A stretch of 64,000 bases of DNA from Kondoa subrosea (taxonomy: Eukaryota). The stretch lies in NCBI GenBank assembly GCA_039545335.1, contig BCIN01000006.1, positions 682,001 through 746,000 of the forward strand. Direction: 5' to 3'. Below are positions 54,338-64,000 of the stretch, in pieces (position 1 is the stretch's first letter; each line of letters begins with the position of its first letter). The position numbers were made by a program, and so were the translations under genes. The notes under the pieces were generated by a model, which was given only the letters and a program-made list of their open reading frames with translations, had not been told where the DNA came from and searched no databases.

Positions 54338-54870
54338 ATGATAGAATCAGCCCAGGCCCTGCAAGAAGCCTTATCATCCTCCAGCAGTGGTACTGAGCCT
54401 ACCTTTGTCTATTTCTACGCAGATGTAAGCTACAACAAATTTGCGCAAGTTGAAAGCTCAATTAGTTGTTGACAGTGGTGCGGCGATTGTCAAAACTCAG
54501 CGCCTATCATCGACAGTACTTTCGGATCCAGTCAGCAGCTGTTGCAAGTCATGGTAGGCGTGAAATCAAAGTCAGTTGTAAGGCACTTTCATGCATCAGC
54601 GAGCTAATGCCTGGGAAGCAGATGGAAGACGGAGTCAAATGAGGTGAGCTACGATTATGGTTGCTTCTCAGGTAGCTCATGGCGAAAGACAGTTCCGTCA
54701 CTCGCCTTACAACATCTCAAACATACCTACCTTGCTCAGAATGCAAGATGTACGTTCCGTGTATGTGCTAACGCACTTGTTTGACTTGAATTCAACAGGG
54801 CAAAGAGACTGCTCGATTAGTAGAACACGAATTGCTAGACAACGAACGAATGAAACATTTACTGCAGTGA
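54338..54870 (+). CDS. Thioredoxin-like protein TXNDC17/TRP14 (DUF953); not recovered as a gene by the ORF track
   Basis: Manual splicing of 5 exons gives FVYFYADWCGDCQNSAPII...VMVGVKSKWK..NEFRHSPYNISNIPTLLR..RLVEHE. Confidence 0.85.
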
Positions 54871-55066
54871 ATCCATCTGTTCTTGCTGCTACATCCTTTG
54901 CATTGCTTATCTAGCGGTCCACTGTGGCTAATATGGCCTCGAGTCCCCTCCCTCTAGCGTTTGAGATCGGACATGAACGGCACGTGCTCTGCGCTTGATT
55001 GCATTTGTCTTTATGTCAGGGGTTTTCTTGATCTCTTCAAACTCACAACTTTGACGTCAAGTCTAA

Positions 55067-56113
55067 TATGACGAAGCCGTTTAAACCTTTCGAAGCGGAA
55101 TATGGTCCAGGAGATATTGTTCTAATATCGAAAGGCGGGGCTCATATCGTAGCACACAAGAAGTATTTGTACGTATGACTCTGTTATTATTGTTCAAGCT
55201 GATGACTGTACAGATCTGCTTCATCTGATGTCTTTCGCGATATGTTTGGCCGAGGGTCTTCAATCATTTATCCACACGGAGTTCCAATGGCAGTAAACTC
55301 GACAGACCTGCAGCTTCTCTTACCCTATTGCTATCCTCAACAGCGACGCTTGACTGTATTGGTCGCGAAGACGATAAATGAGCTGCAATTGCTTTACGAG
55401 GTGGCAGAAAAGTTGGATTTAGTCAGAGCCATGGAGAACATTTGCCTTGCTATGATGGTAGAGTAAGTCCTTTGCCCCAGAGCGCGTAGGTCCTGTATAA
55501 TCGCCATGTCTTCTGAGATCAGATCACACCTGAGTTCTGATCCAATTGCAAGTTATGCATTTGCTTGCAAACATAAGCTTGCTCCTCTACTCGCAGCTCT
55601 GCCGCCGTTGGTCGATTGCGCCACTGTTGTGAAACGTCTCTCTCGTCACGAAAAGATATTTGGCTACGCGGGTACATTGGATCTAGTATGGACTTTGCTC
55701 ATTCCATGCTTGATCTCATCCTGCGCAACAGATTGAATACTGGCTCAAGACTGGCCAGCTCGTCCGTCCTGAACAATTGCAACCGAGTTTTGAGCGATAC
55801 CAAACTCATGCATCACTATCGAATCTCGATGCCTTCAAGGAGAAGCTGAGATATGGGAAGTAAGGATAGTCAGGAAGAGCAGAATGCATGTTGATTTCAT
55901 GGCAAAACTAGTAATGTGGATAGTCCGAATCTTCTCCGCTACCATATTTCTCCGAATCATAATCTTCTGGAAAGTAGTCGTAAGGGTTTTTGTAGTCGTC
56001 TGAATCATATTTGGGTCCAGGATGTCGCGGGCAAGACCCTTCTCTGCGCCGACAACACTTTTTACACTCGCGAAAGACACAGGCGAGAGCAGGAAGTCTG
56101 GTATGGGAGATAA
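55067..56113 (+). CDS. BTB/POZ-domain protein
   Basis: PGDIVLISKGGAHIVAHKKYLSASSDVFRDMF, LQLLLPYCYP, LYEVAEKLD, DPIASYAFAC. Confidence 0.8.
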
Positions 56114-56143
56114 GCACATTAACAGCGTAATAAGGAGAGCGAC

Positions 56144-57341
56144 TCACGATCCACATCCTTCACATTTCCAGTTCGCATGCGATTGCTTCGGATCCTCAAC
56201 TTCCTTCACAAAAGCTTCCGTAGATTGCAATCCCCAGGCTATGTATTCTTTCCACGGAAACAACCAATCGGGTTCTATATGATCTAGACCGTAAGGATCC
56301 AGGAGCCAATCCAATGCTTCTGTGCACTTTGCCTCCAGATGCATTTTGTCCTGTTGTCTCAGTTCCTTCTTCACAAGTTTGGGGATGTTTGTGATTACTT
56401 CTTCTATGTCAACGAAGCGATCGATATCTCTGAGTTGAAGCGGATCCGTAGAAAGAAAGAGTTTATCGAAAGCTTCGTTCAATAGCAAGTTTGGGTTATC
56501 TACCCAGTCGTGTCTGTCCGAGCGATCTATCACCTTCTGTTCGGCTAAGGTCATATTTGCTAGAGCCTGCTCCTGTTCTTCCTCATCATATTGCATTAGG
56601 AGATCGGCCAGCTCATCCAATTTCTTGTCCATCTTCTTCTCGATAAGCTCATCTAAGTCCCTTCCTACAAGCCACTGCTGATATCGGCTATCTGTTTGCA
56701 TGAGATGCCCGACCTCTTGCGTACTGATAACCGTTTCGAAGTCCCGCTTTCCGCACTCGATCACGATGCAGCCCCATTCCTCTGATACCTTGGTTCTGTT
56801 CCGATTGATACATCGTCTACACCAAGCACAGCCGGCTGGTTCTAGCGGCATGTCGGGTATATTTGTGCTTTGTAGTGGGCGAATGAACAAACATTCTCGA
56901 CAAATAGTCTTGTAGTACTGTAAGAAAGCGGAAAACCAAGGTTTGGAAGAAGTCGACTGGGTAACAATGCCACCTCTTGCCCTAACACGTAATCTCCAGG
57001 CCGTTTCATCATAAACAGATACAGCCCAATCTCGGGAAACAAGAGCCAACTGAGACAAGGTAACGATCTGACTGTCCAGCAGTTGATCGACGATGAGCTG
57101 TCTGATTTCTGGTGCGAAGTAGTATGCCTGAGTAAGCGATGAGGAAGAAAGGGTTGAAGTGACGGAATCGTCGTCAGAGTCTGATTCTTGTGCTCGTTCA
57201 GCAAGTATATCTCTCAACCTCCTGGTGACTACGTAGCCGACTGATCAGAGTCGCTCAGCATCATTCCACTGTCTTCAGTAAATACGTACGATAGGCTGTA
57301 TTTCGCTCTTTGTCTCTCCACTTTCTACAGCTTCTGCCCAT
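56144..57341 (-). CDS. F-box-like protein with CxxC motifs
   Basis: FAPEIRQLIVDQL..TLSQLALVSRDW..DETAW resembles an F-box; CRECL and CAWCRRC; probable first exon MGRSCRKW. Confidence 0.65.
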
Positions 57342-57887
57342 TCTCTGTGAATACTACCCGTACCCAAGGTTCAATATGTGGAAACGTAAAGCTGAAATTT
57401 GCACTAATGCCCAAGGCAAACTTCTTGAAATTGCTCAAAGCAAGAATAAGTAGGCGCAGCGCTTAGGCTCTAAATATGAGGATATCCTCCGACTGGGTAT
57501 ATACACAGCCAATCGAGGTATAAAGATGGGCGCAAGGGAAGAAGAGAGCTAAATTCGAAAGAGGGTCGAGTCGAAACGGCTTATGTCAGCAACCCACCTG
57601 GTCTCGAAGGCACTCTAGGTGTTGACATGAAAGCTTGAAGGTAATGGCCAGGGTATCAAATATAATTCAAGGATTACAAAGATGAAAGGGCAATTGAAAA
57701 TATGATGGGATTGGCCACAATGTCATAGCTCTGTCCCGAAAAATATCCCACGAGAGGAGACCGGACAATATGTAAAGAGCAAGGAAGCAGACGGATTCTT
57801 GCAGTTCCGGCAGAGGCAGAGTACCAAGCAGATTCACAAAGCGTGCTTTCCATTGCACCAATACCACGAGTATACATATTGTTCAAC

Positions 57888-59762
57888 CTAACCAATAGTT
57901 TCTTGGACATTGATGGGCACTTAAGAAAACTTTAGTACAGCCCATAAGAGTGAAGACGAGTAGAACATACTTTCATCGATCTGAGTCGAGTAATACTGTT
58001 CGCTGTATGTCCAATAGGATGTAAGCTGAGGTCCAGCAAGTCGCATGTAAGACGTACATATCACGCAAGATCCTCACTATTGCAGATCATCAACTCAGAT
58101 CAAACGCAAAAGTTGCAAGACATACCATCCTCATTGGTAACAAAGTTGATAGCTACACCTTTTCGTCCGAATCGACCTGATCGACCAATACGGTGAATGT
58201 AGTTTTCACGATTGGCGGGCAAATCGTAGCTTTCGTTTGTCTTGTCAGAACCCAAACTCTAAAACTCGATCAGACACTCACTTGATGACCAACGAAACTT
58301 GTTGTACATCCAATCCGCGAGCCCACACATCTGTTCACGAAATTCAGCGGAGAGCACATAGTGCAAAGGCCGAGAAGGGCTAACCGGTAGTAATTAGTAC
58401 ACGAGAAGAACCTTGTCTGAATTCGCTCATGATAGCATCTCGTTCCTTTTGAGGCATTTCTCCGTGCATGGAAGAAGTAGTGAAATTGGCTTCGCGCATC
58501 TTTTCAGTCAACCAATCAACCTGTCCGCAAGGATCCGAAATCATCAGCCAAATCTGAAGTACGTCTATGATCCCATAACGGACCTTCCTGCGAGTGTTAC
58601 AGAAGATGACAGCTTGAGTGATGGTGAGCGTATCGTATAAATCGCAAAGAGTATCGAATTTCCAATCTTCCTTTTCAACAGCGACGAAGAATTGCTTGAT
58701 CCCTGTCAGACAGCAGCTCTTCTTAGAAATGGCAGCAATGCCATTGTAAACTACTACTGACCTTCCAATGTAAGTTCATCACGCTTGACCAAGATACGAA
58801 TAGGGCTGGAATAGTGAAGATCAGCAAGGCTAATTGCCAACAATCATCGACAGCCCTTACTCAGTCATAAACTTGGTGGTCATTTCCAAAACATCGTAAG
58901 GCAAAGTAGCGGAAAGCAAGACGACTTGAGTCTGAGGAGGAAGATAACGATAAACATCGTAAATTTGATCTTTGAAACCTCTGTTGAGCAATTCATCGGC
59001 TTCATCCAAAACCAACATCTTGATGTTTCTCGTTCTCAAATTACGACGACGAATCATATCGTATACTCGACCAGGGGTACCGGAAACGACATGTTGACCA
59101 TGATCGAGTTTCTTCATATCTTCACCCAATGAAGTGCCACCAATACAAGCATGGCATTGGACGTTCATGTAATCTCCTAAAGCCAACACAACGGATTGAA
59201 TTTGGGTTGCCAATTCACGAGTAGGCGAAAGGACTAAAGCTTGAGTTTCACGAACATTGATGTCGATGGATTGTAAGACTGAAATGGAGAAAGTAGCTGT
59301 TTTACCGGTACCAGACTGAGCTTGAGCGATCACATCTCGACCTTTGACGATGGGCAGGATAGCTCTTTGCTGAATAGCGGAAGGCTTCTCGAAGTCTGTA
59401 CGTTCAAGGAAAGCCTTTGGCAGCTGTTAAGACGGCACAAAGAATCCAGACGCACTGTAGGCATAGATTCCACGCAGGAGATCTTCTTTTAAGCCTATTG
59501 AAAGCCAAATCAGCATTTTGACAATAACATGGCATAGCGAAGACTAACCGAGAGCATCGAATGTGGGAGCGACGGTGACTGATTCCGAAGTCTCGAAAGT
59601 GAGTTTTGCTGAGCATCCAGTCAAAAACAAGCGTTAGTTTTCGAACATACAAAGGCGAGCAAGAGAAAAAAGAGCTTACCGTCGTTCGATGGGTCAAGCT
59701 GTGAACCAAATAAATGATTCATGCAGCCTGCAGATACTATAACGAAGGTCCCTTACGGCCAT
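57888..59762 (-). CDS. FAL1: DEAD-box RNA helicase eIF4AIII (exon junction complex core)
   Basis: [68 protein letters not shown]; ends QIDEMPIN. Confidence 0.96.
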
Positions 59763-59970
59763 GATTAAGGAATATGTAGTAAGATGGTTTGAGGTCAAAA
59801 GGTGAGTCGGGCACTCTTCCGAGTCAAGCACGATGAGAGAGACAAGGTGTCAATTGGCAAAGGTGGAAGAAAGGGTAATAATGCTACAACCCGCTACTAT
59901 CCCATTATGCTACATGCAAGGAAATTGTAAATGGAAATATACTAATGCTGTCTATGGAATCAAATGACTT

Positions 59971-62900
59971 TTATAGGACTGTATCTTTCGCATGCTTCAG
60001 CGCATCCAACAACCACTTTTGAGCTACGCCGAGCTCAACGTTCGGTTCAACATCTGGAAGAAAAGTTTAGTCTTGCTTCCCCTTGGCGATCGAAGGATGC
60101 ATACCTGGTCGATGTTTGCTTGAAGCCATCTTCAGAGGATGATAGACGAACATGTTCGAATTCAGGTGTTGAGCTAATGAAAGCGGCACTTTCAGTGTTC
60201 GGTACTTCGGTATCTCCTGCTGATCGACTCACCGAAGTTCAGTCGATCATCAAACCAAGTCCATGCTATGCCACTTTGCGGCAGGCTGTTATCCACTCGT
60301 TCGGCGGGCATAGCATTGACGATCGTAGCCATAGCGACTTCTAGCCAAACTCCGTTCTGACCGAAGATGTCCAGTAAGCCAAAGAATTCTTCGGCAAATC
60401 GACCTGGAACTTGGAAGAAATCCCCTTGGTTTACCCAAAGTTCGTTCGTCATTCGTCCTGGTTGCTGCGCGTTGATCTGATCGATTGCTTCGATGGCCTG
60501 CTTGGAGGCAGCCCAGCTATAAGACATCATTAGATCTTGTAATCTCACGTAAAGACACTTCAGCTCACGTATGCCACCACGGCCATCTGTTGACAGTAAG
60601 CTTAGTATAGCCTCAATGAAAGGCAGACGCTAACATACATGGCAGAAAGCGCACCAAAATCTGTTTCAGGCGTATATGTAACATGATTCAGGTTTTCTTG
60701 CCATTTCGGGTGCCAAATCTTATCTTTATCGAGCTTTTGCATTGCGAATGGATCAAAGACGACGTCCTAATGATATTATAAGTCTTGTTTTCGCTGGACG
60801 AGAACAGTTCAGGCAGCTCACGTCGTTTGTGAATAAATAAGAAGCATAGCCTGGGTGCTCCTTGTATGCCATTACAGCAGCTCTGTAGCTTGTTCCGCCT
60901 CCAGCTCCAGATGCCCAGTTGTCGAAAGCTGTGACTTTGATATCGCCAACCTCATATGCTTCCGGACCATAGAAGACAATCTATAGAGCGCAATATGAAA
61001 ACACAAATGCGGAAGATTAATACTGAACTCACATTTGGGTAAAAGCGAGAATACAGATTTAGGAAAGGTTGAATAGCTCCATAGTGGGCGAAATTGAATT
61101 GTACAATCAATAGAGTATCGGTGAAATATGGGAAAGCTGTATCCGAAGCAGCTTCTTGCCATTCTTGACCTATTCGATGATAATCAGGCGCTTTCAGTTC
61201 TGCTGCTGCTGCAGCTGCGTCTAAGTCGAAGATTTGTAGTTCGGGCCATTGATAATTGAGTTTCCGTAGATCACTGATCCAAGCTTCCATAAGATCGAGA
61301 TCACTTTGTCCAATGAATTCAGCGGCGACCATAGATCTGCCCAGATCGATAATGCGATAGTCGAGACGAGTTGCGGTGCTGGTCCATGTCTGCAAGAAAG
61401 TCACGAACTTGCCGACGTGGATATAGAGTTCCAATTCGCTTTCCATATCCGAGATGTAATCGTGTGCGTTTCTGACTTGATCGACAGTCTTTCTCGAGAG
61501 GTCAGAACATTCATTATTAGCGAAGGGAGTCAATCTCACTGGAGGTCCGAATGCCAGAGTCGCCCCAATGTCCCAAAGCAACCGCTGAGACCAATATCCT
61601 ATTGGCAGAAAAAGAATTCAGACTGATTACTTCATGCCAGTAGTGGACATTACCTCTCATGATATCAGTAGCTCGGAAGGTAACGCTAAAGTGATAGTCA
61701 GCGAATCAAAACTTGAAGGTGAAGAAGGCAATTGTACCTAATTGGAAGAAGCAGACCCCAAAACGCATCCTTATGCCATAATGTGTTTTGACTGTTGAAC
61801 GGTGAAGCAATACCGCGAGCGACTACATCAGAAAGATGATCAGTAATGATCCAAACCGTGCAAAGAGGTAAAAGATTGACGTTTGATTGGACCAGCAGTC
61901 TTATCGAAATGTACCGTAGCAATGTCTTCAGGATTCGTCAAACGGAACTGCGAATATAGTTAGTACAGTCTCCGGGTAACAAATCGATCAAGTTCACGAT
62001 GGCATCAACATCTGGATCTAGGTCTGCCAAACCTTGCAGGACGAGAGCCCGTCCTTGTAATTCTGTTGGCATCATATTCGTCGCGGCTATCGAGTAATTC
62101 TTGTTGGAGTTGATCTGCTCAAGTGGATAACCTCTTGGCCAGATATCAGAGCGTCCGAAATGCTTGTAAGGATTGATAGCAGTATCTTCGCGCATGTGAG
62201 GGTTGAAGACAGTCTGGTAAAGGGGATCATCTGGGTCGAGAACACGAATTCCTGTCTTGACATCATTGATATCGTTGTCATCGTCCGTATCGAAGATAGT
62301 TTCAGCACCCAGAGCAATAGCATACAGGTAACCGAGATTCTTGCGAGTGTAAGCTTTGTAAGGAATGTGACGCGGAGAGTTGAAAGGTAGGCGATATTGA
62401 TCTTCGACTGACAAGAAGTAGCATGCTCCATCGTGCCAAGTCGTAGGTGTTTTAGTATCGGCTACAACTACAACATTCTGATAAAAGACGGTCAGAGAAT
62501 GTTGTGCTTGCCTGAATCCAACTTACCCAATCTTCGAGAGCACAATAGTGGTCCATCACATCGGTAGGCAAAGCAATTGATGTGACAATAACCCATTGCT
62601 TGTTGCCTCTTGTGTCAATTGTGGAGAAATCTAAAGTCGGCTTTGGACCAAAAGCAATGGAAACAAGGAGAAGGAAAGCGTAAAGGGCACCAGATAGCCA
62701 AAGACTTCGATTAGAGGCTGGCTGCTTCTCTGCTTCTTGTCGGAAGAAAGGATTGGCCCGTTCGTTTGGAGGTGACAGAAGGAAAGATTCAGCCTCAAGG
62801 GATTTGCGTTCGTCGTCATAATTGAAGGTCTTGGGTTCTGCAAAACGGGTAGCAACTTCAGGTGTTCCGAAAGGTAGTGTGGCTTCGGCTCTTTCTTCGC

Positions 62901-63807
62901 GAATCGAGGCGAAAGGAACAACGAAAGAAATGAGGGCCACTGCTACTAATTGAAGACTGTCATTGGCCAATCTTGTGGAACCTGCAGCCTTCATCTGGTC
63001 CTGCATGAGAGCAAAGAGACTGCACGAATTCAATACGGGAAAACACCACATGAAGAAGTCTTTTACCTGATCAATGCCAGATTGACGTTCCAGCCAACAA
63101 ATGCAGACACTCTGTGTGAGCCGAAGACAGTAGCTATACCGATAATGATGATAATAAAGCACTGCAGCAGGAATCAGCAAGAGGACCTAAATTTGCATAT
63201 TTCAACTGACCTGTAAAACCCAACTTGATTGCTGCCAAAGTATGATGTCTGGAAAGATTGGGACTAGACCAATTGGAAGAGGGATAGCTGGATTGCTGAA
63301 GACGCGCAGGGGCAAAAGAGTGACGAATAGAATGCCTGAGAGATTAGCAATAGCTGTTGACGATGTTGCGAGGGTATTCTTCAGTGATGGTGTTGCGCTT
63401 GCTCGTGCGTTGTCTAGAGCTGAGAGTTGAGCTACAGCAAGTGCTGCCAGAGGTAGATGTGTGAGAAAGATGCTTGCTGTGAGCAGATTCTTCACATCTG
63501 TTTGATAAGCCAAAAGTAGCGCCAGCGCCATTTCCAGTATGCGTAGTGGTGTGATATGAGCGAGCGCCAGCGCTCTTTTGCCAGAATACTTGCGCACCAG
63601 CAGTCCTAGAGTTGTAAGGAAAACCAGTAGAGATGGATCAATCCAGACGAGATATCTCATTGCCAATTGCAGGACAACAAGAGAGGCAAAAGGATAGACA
63701 GCCAAACCAGCGGAGGAGAGCTGAAATGACGGACGCATTCCACAGCACGCGCCTAAACATCCTGCAGCTATGAGCGATCCAGCAAGTGCAGCAAGTGAAC
63801 TGTCCAT
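59971..63807 (-). CDS. STELLO/DUF288 glycosyltransferase-like protein with an N-terminal polytopic membrane module
   Basis: WVIVTSI..PT, VVVADTKTP, YTRKNLGYLYAI..GA..IFDTDDDN, IWPRGYPL, QGLADLDPDVDAI, PFNSQNTLW..AFWGLLLP, TDIMRGYWSQRLLWDIG, QVRNAHDY; second domain YLFTNDDV...HPLK. Confidence 0.88.
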
Positions 63808-64000
63808 AGTAGGCTGTAAGAATACGTAATAGAGCAAGGAAGAAAACGAGCGAACGCTAAGAAGTCGCGACGAAAGGCAGAGACACCGAACTGATTGTTG
63901 CTTAAATGTCTTGAACGCGTCGGTAACCGCTTGAAACATTAATTCCGAATTAGACCTGATAACGGTTATGCGGCAAGCGTGAGTTAGACAAGGCAATTCA

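Noticed and set aside
59400..59800. Possible snoRNA/ncRNA upstream of the FAL1 ORF
   Set aside because: Fully explained by four short FAL1 5' exons and their introns.
1..64000. Many short antisense or overlapping ORFs in the track; transposons, CRISPR, rRNA, tRNA
   Set aside because: The short ORFs are shadows of spliced genes. I saw no transposase/RT motifs, terminal repeats, spacer arrays or structural RNA signatures by eye; a covariance-model scan was not possible.

Overview
This is gene-dense, intron-rich fungal nuclear DNA. Introns are short (about 45-60 nt, GT-AG) with CTRAY-type branch points, and micro-exons are common. It is probably a basidiomycete yeast, inferred from gene style and content. 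About 35 genes or gene remnants can be modelled by hand splicing. They include an aspartic protease, an HSPA12-like Hsp70, an IRC3-like helicase, a Rho GTPase, DUF3237, Sae2/Ctp1, GFA, a GH26 pseudogene, SCY1/CEX1, a TRI12-type MFS transporter, an inositol 5-phosphatase, a tandem GNAT, CDC8, a 2-hydroxyacid dehydrogenase, FEX, a TOK channel, IAH1, bL27m, TXNDC17, BTB and F-box proteins, and FAL1. Five things stand out. (1) A STELLO/DUF288 double glycosyltransferase-like protein appears fused to a multi-pass membrane module. (2) A ~2.5 kb inverted duplication carries two intact but diverging tRNA-isopentenyltransferase (MOD5) genes plus an orphan membrane gene. It brackets ~29 kb and has a perfect 24-bp palindrome at one breakpoint. 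(3) Both selectivity filters of the TOK channel deviate from the K+ signature. (4) A HeH/SAP-like domain is fused to DUF3237. (5) Two genes carry nonsense or frameshift lesions. I recognised no rRNA, tRNA, CRISPR array or transposon. Gene boundaries come from manual splicing and are approximate.
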